A program made the position numbers and the translations under genes. 64,000 nucleotides of DNA from Macrostomum lignano. Its lineage: Eukaryota. The notes beneath the pieces were generated by a model that saw only the letters and a program-made list of their open reading frames with translations, was not told the origin of the DNA and did not search any database. Where the stretch lies: contig NIVC01000342.1 in NCBI GenBank assembly GCA_002269645.1, positions 307,090-371,089 of the forward strand, given 5' to 3'. Shown here in pieces: positions 12,981-25,975 of this stretch. The first letter of the stretch is position 1, and each line of letters starts with the position of its first letter.

Positions 12981-13481
12981 TTGAGTTGCTAGGCGGAGGA
13001 TTACTGTCTGTTCTTATCCCAAATAAAGCAGAAGTTGACCCAGTCTTGCGAGTTAACTGCAATGTAAAATTTATTATGAAATATGAACAATATTTTTACT
13101 GACAACCAACATTAATTCACAGAAACAAAGTCCATCTGCAACTATGCAATATGTAAACATAAATCAAAAGAAAATAACAAAAGTTTTTTGGCGGATAAGA
13201 AAACAAAAAAGACTGGAACCTTCTGTATTTGTTAGTTTGATTTATTAATTAAACATGCTTTCATGGGTTAACGTATCTGAGAAACTTTCTGAATAAGACA
13301 ATACTTGAATTACTAAGCTTTATAACTAATATTATACTCGTATATTTATTAAGAATTAGGCGACTTGTTAATTAGCAAAAACATTGTTACTTAATCCACC
13401 TGACATGAGTCTGTGCACCAGCCTAACACTTTTTGACATATTTATTATACACCCCAGCCCCCCTCTAAAATAGAGCGCCAG

Positions 13482-13877
13482 TTACAGCAGGCCCAGCTTC
13501 TTCTCCATCAGGGCGTGCGGCTGCCCGGCCGCCTCGCTGTGACAGGCCAGGTTCAGCTGATCCTCGAAGCCAATCTCCGAGTCGCAGCCGCGCAAAATTC
13601 TGGCCTGCAGACTGGATGAGGCCAGGCCAGGCAGGCGGTCGGACTGGCCGGCAAGGCGACGCTCCATGGCCATGGCGATGGCGGCCGCTTTGCCCTGGAC
13701 AGCGCGCACCAGTTCCAGATCGCGCGAGTCGCGTTGAGCAGAGAAATTAGTCTCGGACGCCTGAAGCGGGTGAGCAGCCGAGGCGACAGCCGGGTCGGGG
13801 CAGTGAGCCGGGCGGGCCAGTGGCTCGCCAGTGTACATTGGCTTGGTTAGGAGGCCTTCGGCAGTTTTGAATTCCAT
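13482..13877 (-). CDS. POMP: Proteasome maturation protein POMP/UMP1, intronless, 131 aa
   Basis: HPLQASETNF...AMERRLAGQSDRLPGLASSSLQARILRGCDSEIGFEDQLN...GQPHALMEKKLGLL matches the UMP1 family; ATG at 13877-13875. Confidence 0.93.
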   Translation of the reverse strand: MEFKTAEGLLTKPMYTGEPLARPAHCPDPAVASAAHPLQASETNFSAQRDSRDLELVRAVQGKAAAIAMAMERRLAGQSDRLPGLASSSLQARILRGCDSEIGFEDQLNLACHSEAAGQPHALMEKKLGLL

Positions 13878-14770
13878 CTTGCTGATTATTAATGTTTGTA
13901 TCATGCAATCAAATAGGGATCAGTATTCTTAATTTACTTAGTTTTTTCCTCCTTATTTAACTAAAAATCGTTTGTATTGAAACATATTTTATCTTAATAA
14001 TGCTAAAGACGCTGAATTCTGATAATTCTAAAACAATATAAATTAAAAAGATGTTCATATAAACTTTGGTTCGCAAAGTTATGGCAAATAACAATTATGG
14101 TTTATAAACAAATTAACAATTGAGGATTGAGTTGAGACGAGTTTTAAACATTTAGTTCAAGTTGAGTTGAGTCCTAAAATGCATATTGAAGCATTAAAAA
14201 AGCACTAGGGTCTACCATTTTTAACCCCTACCAATTACTGAGATATTGCTGATATTACAAAGTTCATAGGGGGAATCGCTAAAATTTAATGACTTAAGAC
14301 TTACAAAGAATTGCTCAGATGCAATAGTTCATGGTTCATAGGGGAATTGCTAAGATGTAAAGGCTTATAAAAGGCTTTAATGCTAAAATGCTAAAGCATT
14401 GTTTATAAAATTACTTAGCACACTAACATGCAGAGGCTTAGATGTCTGCATTAAAAGAAACAGAAGACTAGCTTTGCTTAGTACTTGTAAATATTTGCAT
14501 CTTGTCTAGAGTACTTTTATATTCTTCTCTTATTACAACTATATTTAGGAATTAAGTGGCTTATATACTACTTAAAAATATATTATATACAAATATTTAT
14601 AAGTACTACTACTTGCCAAAAAGCAAATAGGTTTTTGCAAATGAAAAATGTTGCAAATCCAAAGGCCAAAGCAATAATATAAAATCAAAACAAATCACAA
14701 GGCAAAGGTGACCATAGAATTTTTGTATATGACAAATCTGACTGCTTATAAGTTATATCTTTTACATTTA

Positions 14771-15470
14771 CTACCTTACTACATCCAAAAAGTTCTTAGA
14801 CACCACTCCTATCTCAGCATCTGTTCAAACGATTTTTATAAAAATTTACACAAACATTGGCTTATATGTCATGAATTCAATGCTTCAGTTTCAGCTTAAT
14901 CAGGTTGACAGAGCAAAAGCAATCAATCATTTACTGAGGAACCTACAAAATTAGCAATACAATTTTGAAGAGCATTGAATCTGGACTCCAGTGGTGACAT
15001 TGCAGCTCATTTTTATAAAAATTAATCAGCAAAATATCACTGCTTTTTATGAATATTGATTAAACCCTAGTTGTTTTAATACTAATGAGGGGCTGATCAG
15101 AGCAATACCTAGGGATATGTGGATTGAGGATGAGGACTGAGGAGTTGCCAATGCAATATGACAAATGCATTCAATTGAATGAAGATTTTAATGATTTTCA
15201 CAACTGGCTTTTGAAGCTCTGGAACTTGTCAGTTTGAACTCTTTGCTCATTAATTTTTACATTTTGTTGAGTTTAAAATTGTATTTCTAATTTTGTAGGT
15301 TCCTCAGTAAATGATTGATTGCTTTTGCTCTGTCAACCTGATTAAGCTGAAACTGAAGCACTGAATTCATGATGTATAAGCCTATGTTTGTGCAAATTTT
15401 TATAAAAATTGATCAAACAGATGCAGAGATAAGACAGGTGTCTAAGAACTTTTTGGATGCACTAAGGTAG
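14771..15470. mobile_element. Fold-back/MITE-like element with ~195-bp inverted arms (14771-14966 / 15277-15470)
   Basis: Arms are near-perfect reverse complements (e.g. CAGCTTAATCAGGTTGACAGAGCAAAAGCAATCAATCATTTACTGAGGAACCTACAAAATTAG); ~310-bp spacer. Confidence 0.75.
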
Positions 15471-16500
15471 ATTTGGATCCTTGTGGTTTTTTCTTTTCAA
15501 AGATAAAAAATAAAATAAGAGGTTTGGACTAGAAGTGTGACAAATATTTAATCAACCAAATTATTAAATAAAATTAAATTAAATCAACCAAATATTTTGT
15601 TTGAATCAGAAAATTGATAATCTAAATAACTTGCACTATATAGTTGCTGTGATATGGAATGAAGATTTGGAACAAGTCAAGAGTTAAGTATTGATGCTAT
15701 AGCTTATAAATGAAAAGAAGGAATTAGGGATAATTGTACTATAAAGAAAGGCAAAAGGATTAGATATGTAACGATTGAGAATATGGTGTTAAGGTTTGAG
15801 AAGGCTTTAGAAGGAATGGAGGACTGAGACATTTGAGTTTAAAGAGTTAAGAGTATTAGGGGTTGTAGGCTTATGGCTCATAAATGAAGGGGGAATTAAG
15901 AATGGGACAATATATGGCATGTCTTGAAGAAAGGCAGCTCAGTGATTAAGCTGTCTCAATGCTCAGACTTGAGGCTTTAGAAGTAGAGCATTAAGAATCA
16001 AGTTTATAGAACATGGATTCAGAGCATTGATTCCTACAAACTTGGAAGGATAGAGTTGGCATTTGGACTAGGCACATTTTATTGAGCAAGAAATAAAGAT
16101 GCTTGCCTATTGGTTGAGGGCTACTAAAGGGATAATATCCATTAAAATATTTGTACTTAATATTATTTGTTATTTAAATCAGTTCTATTGGATATTTGAA
16201 TCAAATTGATTTGGTTCAAAAATTTTATTTGTCCCATCTCTAATTTGAACTTTGAAACTCATGAAAAACCATTTAAGGCCTTAGAAAAGAGTTAAAAAAG
16301 ATCAAAAAGGATGAATTGATAATGCTATCTTTCAACATGGTTTTAAGACTAAATGGATAAAAAAGCAATGAGTTCAGTAATACATATTCTAACAATTGAC
16401 TCTTAAGTTGAAAAGTTTTAAATACCAAAAAAATTGATAAATTTTTCTTAACTATATTCTTTTGGAAACTAATTACATAGCCCTTATAGTATAGGCCATA

Positions 16501-17334
16501 CATGCCCAACACCTACACCTATCCAACCTCAACCTGTCCAAACTAGACAGGTAAAATAGCTGCCAGCAAAGGTAAGTTGCAAAATCGAAAATGCAAAAAA
16601 TGAAAAATTGGGGGAAAAAAGAAAGGAGAGGAAGAGAAAAGGAAAAGAAAGGAGAGACAAGAGAGAGAGGGAAAGAGGAGAAAGAAAGAGAAAGAAAAGA
16701 AAAGAGAAAAAAGCAAGAAAAAGTCATATAGGCCTATAAAGTTAAAATAAGTTGCAATTGGGGGGAACTAAGTCACAGTTGGGAGGAACTAAATTGCAAT
16801 TGGGAAGAACTAAGGTGCAATCGGAAAGAACTAAGTTGCAATAGGGAGGAACTAAGTCACAATTGGGAGGAACTAAGTTGCAATTAGGAGATTTTTCTGC
16901 CTATTGTCTCCTTTGCTGAGGCTTTGTAACAAAATGAATAAAGAAAAAAGCAAATTGCACTAAGAAAATTATGTATTATGCAGTTCTGACAAATTTATTA
17001 AATGTAATGATGAAATATACTAATTTTAATACTTTTATTCTATCTTTCACTCTTGACTCAGCTACTTAGATACTACTTTTAATTACTGCTAGTCTATGAC
17101 TACAGTTATATTGCAGTCTGCAATTCTACATAAGTGAATAATAAATCAATCGGGAAAAGAGTGAGGGCAGGAGAAAAGAAAGAGAAATGAGGTATTTCCA
17201 TTTTTCTATAAGCACCATATTGCAATATGCATGCTACCCCCCCCTAGTCTTTTAGTATGGTGGCATATAGGTAAGTCGCAAATCTAGACAAAATTAAATC
17301 ACACTGGACAGGTGAAATTTTGAGGTTAGGCATG
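16501..17334. mobile_element. Putative non-autonomous DNA transposon, TA-flanked, TIR CATGC(C/G)CAAC
   Basis: TA|CATGCCCAAC ... GTTAGGCATG|TA; internal AACTAAGTTGCAAT repeats (16740-16890); shares TIR and AACTAAGTCGCA motif with 29914-30201. Confidence 0.55.
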
Positions 17335-18144
17335 TATGATATAGGCTTATTATATAAATATAGTATATTTTAAAAAAAATATTTTTAGGCTTTTATTTTT
17401 AGTATATAGGCTTTTATTATCTCTATTAGCATTAAAGGCATAGTCATTATTAAGAGATAGGTATAGTATCTAGCATAGATTAGTGGAAGTGCTTATCCTC
17501 ACAGTCCCATATCAATAATTCCAATTTGATCCATACAAATCCATATTGATAATTTCCAGCTTATCCATGTTGATAATTTCCAGCTTAGGCCTATCCTCAT
17601 GGCAGCTTGATAAAATAGCTACCACCATTCAAGTCTATAAGCCTAAGCCATGTCAATAATTCCAATTTTATCAACATGGATCCATGTCAATAATTTTTAG
17701 CTTATCCCTATAGCTAAGATTGTGTAGTTGTTTGTGTTTATTTTTGTGTACTGATATTAAATCAATATTGTCATTATTATTAGTATTATTATCATTATTA
17801 TTAGGCCTACATATTGAATTTTGAATTTTGCAAGTCTCATTTGCCTTAATCTTAGGTCTGTTTGGTCATTCTAAGCAAAGCCAGCAGCTAAGCAAATATT
17901 TAAAATTAACCCTTTTAAGGAATAAGGACAAAAAAGTTTTAACAAAGTACTTGATACTCTTTGGTATTCAGTAGTTTATTTGGAAAACTAACAATTATAA
18001 AAATATTAGGCCTTAATGGTACTGATGCATATAAATATATAAACCAAATGAAATTCTATGAGTGTAGCACCCACAATTGAACCTAAATTATCTAGATAAG
18101 CATAGTTTTGCTATGTTGTCTGCTGCATATCCCATCTTCATTCT

Positions 18145-18225
18145 TCTAATCCATCCAATCCAATCCATCCATCCAATCCATCCATCCAATCCATCCATCC
18201 AATCCAATCCATCCATCCAATCCAA
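18145..18225. repeat. (ATCC/ATCCA)n microsatellite
   Basis: Read directly. Confidence 0.9.
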
Positions 18226-19094
18226 ATATACTAAATCTATAATATTTGTTTGTATGTCCATAACACTCTAGAGATTGCAATTCTTGACCGATTTTGATTG
18301 CGTTTTCGCTAAAAGATTCAAAAAAAAGATTCAAAAAACTGTTTTAAATGGGCTTATTTAATGCAAATTTTATCAGCGAGATAAACTTCACAGCCAATTT
18401 TAATGATTGCGCCAGAGCCAACTGATAAGAAAACTTACTGGGCCCCACTTAAAGGGAGGGGGAGCAATAAAAATTATTCTGGATGCTGGCAACCAGCTCT
18501 AATTAGCTGTAGCACTATTCAGCATCACTAGTTTGCCGCTAATATTCATAGAAAAATATTTGTTGATAAACAAAACAGCTTTAACACTTCTTTTGGTAAG
18601 TTTAAAAACTGGTACTTAGACCCTTCAAAGCTAGAAATTTAATAAAATTTCAAGGAAATTATTTGAAATTTCTAAAATATTAGACAATTAATACCGGTAT
18701 TAAAATGTTAATTCTGTGCTATTGGGGAGGTCACTCTCATCTAGAGAATTCCGTCTTTTTTAAGCGTTTACCCTTCGAATAAATTTTAAGTTGATTATTC
18801 TTTCATCAACACAAAAGAACATAGATCGCTGTGGCTGATCTTCTCTGATGTCAAATCAAATGTGCAGTCAAGGACCAACTTGGAATACCGAATACATTTC
18901 TTAGAAAATGTTTCTCAGACTGGTTTTCGCCGAAAAATACACTAGGCCCTAGGAGCCTACGAAGATTAGAAGATAGGCCTAGAAGGAACTTTTGACTCTT
19001 TTCCTATTAAAATTGCAACTGTTTTTATTGGAAGCTCGTCCAAAGCATTTCTTTTGGTATATCTTGCCTAACGTTTAGCTCCAACGAATTTTAT

Positions 19095-19878
19095 AAAGGC
19101 AGTGCTTATTTAGCCGGCACTGGTCGAATAAGTTTGCTACTATTTAATTTAGCCAGCACCGGTCAAATAAGCACGTCACTATTTAGCCGGCAGTCCTGCC
19201 CCACTGCTGGTCAAATAATCGCGTCACTATTTAGCTGGCAGTCCTGGCCCCGAATGACCATGCTGGTCAAAATACATTTATACATTTTATAACTGCGCAC
19301 TGCTTGTCATGACCTTAAATTAATAATTTAACATACTTACTACAAGCTAATTATTTATACAACAATTTTGGAGTTTTTTGATAAAGGTGTTTGCAGTGGT
19401 TTTTTGGCTTTAATGAGTGGTTTTGATTCAGAGATTAAATTGAAAGCAAAACATGTATAAACTAATTTTTAATTTGTTTATGTGTCTTCTGCTGCTACAA
19501 ATAATTTCCGGAATATGCAAGACTTATAGAACCAATTAAACAAACTTGAAGGCAAGTAATAAATTGTACTGAATCTGCATTAATTTATATTTGTTGTACG
19601 TACTTTGTATTTCCCAAATTTTAAATATCTTGAATAAATATATATAATGGCGTGGCCATTGGGGACCAAGATTGCCGGCTAAATAGTGACGAGCTTATTA
19701 GACTGACTGGCAATGGGGCAGGATTGCCGGCTAAATAGTGACGAGCTTATTCAATCGACAGTGGGGTAGGACTGCCGGCTAAATAGTGACGAGCTTATTT
19801 GACTGGCAGTGGGCAGGACTGCTGGCTAAATAGTAGCAAACTTATTCAGCCAGTGCCGGCTAAATAAGCATTGCCTTT
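19095..19878. mobile_element. MITE with TIRs and multiple subterminal repeats
   Basis: AAAGGCAGTGCTTATTTAGCCGGCACTGG at left versus CCAGTGCCGGCTAAATAAGCATTGCCTTT at right; inverted copies of GCCGGCTAAATAGTGACG in both subterminal regions. Confidence 0.8.
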
Positions 19879-20052
19879 TATATAACTTTATTAAAATTGA
19901 TCTTCATGTTATTTTATTTACTATTATATATCACAATAAGCCTAAAAGTAAAAAGTAATGTCTTCTGACATAAACTTGGTTTTTTGGTTCTGTTCTTCTT
20001 CTAATTCACAATATCTTAATTTTCTATGTTAAAATATTTTACACCAAATTTT

Positions 20053-20467
20053 GGCAATCCTTGGTTTCCCACTCTAAATTATTTAAACCCCTTTTTGAAC
20101 TTTCAGCTACTACCAGTATGGCTGGCTGACCTCCAGTGCCACAATCTATCATCCCTGTAGCTAAAGTCAATGCACGAATACTATAGAGGGAATGTGGGGC
20201 AACTGCAAAGCCAAGTTTCTAACTATGCATGGAACCAGTGACAATTTGTTTGAAACATACTTGTAGGAGTTCATGTGGCACCAAGATTTCCCCCATTAGC
20301 ACTTCAGCAATATCCTCTACTAGATAACACTACTAGGCCCTACTACTACTACTACTAAACTCTTGTAAGAACTCTAAGCTTGTCGGACTCTGAAAAGTTC
20401 AAAAAGGGGTTTAAATAATTTAGGACCTAGACTCCTAGAGACTAGAGTGGGAAATTAAAGGATTACC
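20053..20467 (+). mobile_element. Merlin (IS1016/IS1595-like) transposon remnant between inverted repeats
   Basis: ~20163-20330 translates CTNTIEGMWGNCKAKFLTMHGTSDNLFETYL*EFMW, the Merlin/ISXO2 C-terminal motif (TNTIEGMW...YLxEFMW); flanked by inverted repeats at 20053-20106 and 20389-20467. Confidence 0.7.
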
Positions 20468-21199
20468 TAAACAAGCAAACTAAAGCAAGTTTACTAAAGC
20501 CTAAAGTAGGGGGTAGGGCCTATATATTAGTAAAAAAAATATACCAGGGGTAGCTTTTAATTTAATTATGGACATTAGTACGTAAATAAAAGTATATATA
20601 TGCTTAACGTTTAACTTTGCTAATGAAATTTACTATAGGGTTTACACCTAAGCTAAAGTTAGGTCAGCCTACAAATGGGGATCTTTAACTTATGTGATAT
20701 GTATTTTAATCAGTAAATTTATTAAACTTTATTTTCCAATAATTACGTTGTGGGAATTCAACTTGCCAGTTGCACCACATTTTACTTTTTCATTTTTCAC
20801 TTTCAACTTTGACAGTAAAAACGTCTTTATTGTTTAGATATGTGTTGTAACCAAGAGCTGCTTCTACATATTGGTTCTGGTAGCAGTAGCACTATCTTGT
20901 GCAATTTTTTTACTATTAGATAGGCCCCCCCTAGTAAAAATGCAAGAATGGTAAAATTGCGAGAATTGATCAAACAAATTTTGAATGGTAAAAAATGTTA
21001 AAATGTCAAGATACAAGTTGCAGTACAAATATGCAGTTTACAGTATAAATATTATACAATATACCTTGGCTTGATGTTGTGGAACTGGTGAGGGTTAGAC
21101 TATTAGGCCAATAACCCATAAGCCAATAAGCCTGGGTTACATTACAAATGGAGTTTAAAATTAAAAGCATATAGTCTAATAGTCTTTGTCTCATAAAAC

Positions 21200-22828
21200 T
21201 ATATTTATTGTCCTTTCTGACCAAATTTCAGAATGTGATTCAGCTGGGAGCATTCTACCAGAAGCCTGCGGGTAGTAAGCTGGCCGTTACAATAATCAAT
21301 GCCAGTCTACCAGTTCTTGCAGCTTCTTGTATCAACCACAATGCTGCCATTGAGTCTGCCCTTGCTGCACCAATGCTGCCTGAATTGGCACCATGAGAGC
21401 CTCATTGTGCAGTAGCTGCAACAAGGGGTACAGGCTGATGTTACCTTGCTCTGCTTGTTGTGTCAGTCACCGATGCCACCCCTCACACTCATTGTTTATG
21501 CAAATGGTCTGGTTGTAAACCCTCACTTCCTTGCATTTGAACACTGGGTTGTTCAGCCAGGTGGCATTGACATACTCTGCAACTTCGAGAAGGCATGGTT
21601 TGACAATTCCCGCAACAATCTATCCTAGGCCCTCTTCCATGTGCTTGGCTGAGAGATATGGCAACGCCATGAGCATCTAGCAGAAAGTGTTCATACCAGG
21701 ATCTGCTATATATGCCTGCTGGAGGCCAGCCTTTTGAATGCGATAGAACACGGCCTGTGCATAATAGAACAGGCAGCCCTTCAGTGTTGCTTCAGGAAAG
21801 ACGACACGTAGGGCCTGCCATGCGGCACATTCGAAGTCCAGAATGAATGCCTGCAGAAGACCACCATTCAGTAGTAGGCTTCTAAGGTGCTGGAAGACTG
21901 CTAGGTAGTCATGTAGAGCCTTCCCAGACATTAAAGCAAATGCCAAGACCACCTGATTTGCTGTTTCTCCTTGGCAGATGTAGCAGTGCTGCAGTGGACC
22001 ATGTAAAGCTGTCTAAATGGCTCCCTCAAAACTTCAAAAGTACCATCCATAAACCAGACCCAACTTGATGAGAGTGTAGTCCACTATACATTCATCAAAA
22101 ACAGCAGATGGCACTTTCCCATATGATTGATGCGCAGATCAAACAGAAAAGTCATTAGGTACATGACTTTAAGAAATTTCAAATGTTAGATCTGCGGGTG
22201 GCATTGGTCTATCAGCTTTGTGTCCCTTGTTTGCAATGCGTACTAATGTGTTCACATTTGACACCTGAAGTGCCATTCATGTTTTGCTCTGTTGAAGTTT
22301 CTCTTCGACAATTGCTGTTGCTAGGCAAAAGCAATGACATTTAGCTTCATATTTTATCTCGAAGACCAGCTTCTACTTCTCCCTTTCAAGAATTCATAGA
22401 GCGCAAGTGTGCGCTGCCCATCCTCTTGTAATTGTCCCATTTGTCTTCTGTATTGCCATGCCTGGGCATTGGAAACTTGCACTACAGCTAGTGTATCTCC
22501 AATATCGCGTGCCCTGCTTTGCTACATTGAAGCCTAGGACAAATTCCTGGTTACTGATGCTGTGCAAAAGAATGTCTTTTCCTTTTGTTGATGCACTTAG
22601 GATGATGCAGAAGGAATCCATTACTGGGGCAACTGGCTGCTCCATTGGCTGTGGCTCTAGGTCCCATTGGCTGTGGCTCTAGGTCCCATTGGCTGTGGCT
22701 CTAGGTCCCATTGGCTGTGGCTCTAGGTCAGCAAATTGCAGAGGCACTTCTTGAAATTACAGAGGCTCCGTAATTGGGCCTATGTCAGCTGTATAAAGCT
22801 CTTCTAAAAAGCCTAGCTGCTAGACTGC
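21200..22828 (-). mobile_element. Degenerate Mutator-like (MULE) transposase with FLYWCH domain; 3' part of a PHD-FLYWCH-MULE element
   Basis: FLYWCH KGKDILL...TRYWRYTSC...CPGMAIQ...AAHTC; WFMDGTF...PFRQLY; ILDFECAAWQALRVVFPEATLKGCLFYYAQAVFYRIQKAGLQQAY; NNECEGWHR. Multiple stops and frameshifts. Confidence 0.85.
22641..22729. repeat. 22-bp tandem repeat x4
   Basis: CCCATTGGCTGTGGCTCTAGGT. Confidence 0.9.
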
Positions 22829-22840
22829 TGGCACTGCTAG

Positions 22841-25450
22841 CTTCTTCTTCTTCACTTTCAGCACTCGCTATAGCAGCGCGTTGGTGCCATAATGGGTGGG
22901 GACTTATATCCCATGCGTCTCCTCTCGGGCATAGGGAGATGATGTGGTCAACTGTGTGCAGATTTCCACAGTCCAGGCAGAGCGGGGAGGTGGCGAGACC
23001 AAGATGGCAGTACGTCTCTGTGCTGATCATGGACATGCTGGCCCAAATCTGGCAGGCCAGGACGTGTTTGGCTCTGTTTCAGGCATGGAAGTTGGGCCAG
23101 GTGGCGGGCAGGGCATTGTCATCTAGGCAATGGCAATCCCTTTGGATGGCTGCCTATGCTGCTGCCAGCAAGATTGGGGCTTGTTCCTAGTCTAGTAGGT
23201 GCGCCACGTCAGTGGCGTGGTCTACTGCCTCGTTAAGATCAATGCCGCAGTGGACCAGGACCCAAGCAAAGTTGACGGTGGTCGTCTTACAGAGTTTGAT
23301 GATTTTGCACTAGCACTCCATTCCTGAGCTTGTCCTTTAGTTGAGGGGGCCAGTTTCTAAGGCAAGGAGCAACAACAGAGAGTTGGAGCAGATGTGGATA
23401 CGGCTTCCCTTAAGTTCTTGGTTGTTGTTAACAAAACGGAGGGCTGTGTGGGCCACCACTTCTGTGTCAAAAAAGCTGCAGAAGCGGCCTTGCGCACGTG
23501 GATGGCCATCACCATGCAGATGATGGCAGCGCTGCCTCCTGGGCCTGTGCCATTGGCGACCAAACTGTCAGTCCAAATAGTTACTTTGGCCTCTGGGAGT
23601 CCACCAAGGATCTTCTTGGCTGCTTTGTGTCAGAGTTCTTGGGAGTCCGGTCGGTGGCTCCTAGGTAGAAGGTCGTGCTTCCTCTGCATACTGCAGGATG
23701 GTAATGTCTCCTCTACGAAGGTGATCCAGTAGCTCCACAAATGGAAGCTCCAAGGCTGCGTGTCGCCAGCAGAGTCAGTGCATGTGCAAAAGGATCTGTT
23801 TACAAAGTCAAGCTGCCGTCTCTGATGCGATGTGGGCCATTGGCTGTAGCTCGGCCAGGCGGAGGACGTGGTGGACATCAGTCGGGAGGATATAGCCTGT
23901 GATAAGTCTTGTGCAGGCATTCTGTTGTCTCTCAATAGAGTCTTGTACAAACGGCGAGGTTCCGCAAAGCCAGGTGCCTGCCGCATAGTTGGCAATGGTA
24001 TGGACGGTGCTGATGTATGCTGTCCTCAATGTCTTGTGGTCGGCGCCCGTGGTGCGGTTCGCAAGGGCCACTAGAAGGTGGCGGCACGCAGTCATGCAGG
24101 CTCTAGTCCTTTTGGCATGCTGGCTGAATATGAGCTGTCCATCTAGGTGCATTCCCAAGTAACAAGGTTCATGGTCAAAAGCCAGTTTCTGTCCTTCAAT
24201 AAGCAGTTGGACTCATTTTTTACCATTTGTCTTGCGGGGGTCGAGAGTGAGTCCTGTAAACGCACGTCTCTGTACTGAGTGTCACCTTCCAGCATTTGCA
24301 CCATTTGCTCACAGCATCCAAGGCTGGTTGGATAGTTGCTGCGCAGTTGTCAAGGCTCTTGGCAGTGGCAAGAAGGGTCGAGTTGTCTGTAGAGTTTGAT
24401 GTTGCAGTCCTTGGCTGCCTCAGCAACAGTTGCAGCGAGATCATTAATGTAGACAATCCAGAGGATAGGTGCTAGAACGCTGCCTTGGGGGAGTCCTTCT
24501 TTGAATATGTACTCCCGGCTATAGACTTTGCCAAGGCGTACCCGTGCGTGGCAGTCTGAGAGGAAGCTTTGAATCCAGTTTATGATGTGCAAGTTAACAC
24601 CAAAGTCGTGGAGTTTGATATAGAGAGCCGCTTTCCAGATCTTGTCGTATGCGCAACTAAAATCCAGGAGGCAGAGGATAGAGGAGGTGTGGGACTGCCT
24701 CCAGCCCATCAAAGATATCCTGGCAGATGCTAGCAATGAGTTCTTCCATTGACCAGCCCTTGCGGAAACCTGCTTGTGTGTTGGATAGTCTTCCAGAGTT
24801 TTTGAGGAAGTGCCACAGTCTTTGAAGAGCCATGTACTCCGCCAGCTTGGCTATGCAGCTGGTAAGGGCAACTGGGTGGTAGGAGTCCAGTTTGCTGGGA
24901 TCCTTTCCTTTTTTGGTATTGGGATAATCCAAATGCGCTTCCATTGCCATGGGCAGTTGGCATTAGTCCAGGCTTGGTTGATGAGGTCAAGGAGTCTGAT
25001 GTTAGTTGACGGGGGAAGATGCTTAATCATCTCATTGGTAATACTGTCTGGGCTAGGGGCTTTGCCAGACTTCAAGGAGCAGACTGCGTGGCGGTACTTG
25101 GTGGTACTAAAAGTCGAGTAGATGTTGGGTTGGTTTTGTCTGTGGCAGCCGCACTCAGTTCTTAAGATGAGTTTTTTTGTTTATAGGCCTATCCTGTGGT
25201 CTTTTTTTGAGTCTTGAGACCGCACTGTATATTTGTCCAAACAGGTTTGCCTTCTCTAGGTTTGTATATGCAAGGCGACTTGGCATGGTGGGTCTTATCT
25301 GGGGATGGTAGAGAGATGCGCTTCTCTGTTGCTTATGGCCATCTTTTCTCATACGGCAAAGCAGCTTGAACATGTTGTTGTTGGCATTTAGTTTGCTTGC
25401 CTTCTCCAGCAAGCGGCCTGTTTTTTGCACTTAATGGTGATTTTTGGTAA
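22841..25450 (-). mobile_element. 5'-truncated non-LTR retrotransposon (I/R1-group, RT + RNase H), copy 1, degenerate
   Basis: GKAPSPDSITNEMIKHL, KKGKDPSKLDSYHPVALTSC, QAGFRKG, LDFSCAYDKIW, GLPQGSVLAPILWIVYIND; RNase H-like WVLVHCGIDLNEAVD; C-terminal CLDCG..HTVDHIISLCP; (GAA)n tail; candidate 10-bp TSD TGGCACTGCT at 22829-22838 and 25451-25460. Confidence 0.9.
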
Positions 25451-25533
25451 TGGCACTGCTGCTGCTGCTGGACAGCTAACACTGCTAGCTGCTGCAGCTG
25501 CTAGATAGCTAGCATTGCTAGCTGCTACGGCTG

Positions 25534-25815
25534 CTAGACAGTTGGTGCAGGCAGAACAATTGGCTGTTCAGGTTGTTCCTGCGGCTCTTCCCAACAAAGG
25601 CTGCAGCTGAACTCAAAACTTTTTAGCTGCTGCAGATGGCGATACTGTTGGCAACTAACACCACTTTGGCACGTACAATGCTGCCATTTTTTGCATTGAT
25701 CGCACTGCAAACCTTCTTGCCATGGGTGCACAGCCTCTTGGCACACAGCGTAGTTATCAATATTATTGTTCATTCCATGCGAGTGACAGTGTGTACAAGT
25801 AAATATATACTCCAC
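25534..25815 (-). mobile_element. PHD finger, probable N-terminus of the MULE element (copy 1)
   Basis: VCQEAVHPWQEGLQCDQCKKWQHCTCQSGVSCQQYR...FSCSLC (near C4HC3 spacing). Confidence 0.75.
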
Positions 25816-25975
25816 GAATCAGTGGCACCTAGCACATTTTCTCTAAATTGTGTACACTGTTCATGTGCCAACTTGCGAGTCATGTACAGTACATCTGCTA
25901 GCTAGTTCATGCTCAGATTGTAACGCAAAACAGCATTGTGCAATGGCAATCAATATATGAATATATCAATATATG

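Noticed and set aside
60-13000. Many short plus-strand and alternative-frame ORFs over JADE, LSM4 and MCM3AP
   Set aside because: Shadow ORFs of GC-rich coding exons.
15500-19090. Protein-coding genes in the AT-rich block
   Set aside because: Only short low-complexity ORFs with many stops; probably decayed transposon DNA I could not classify.
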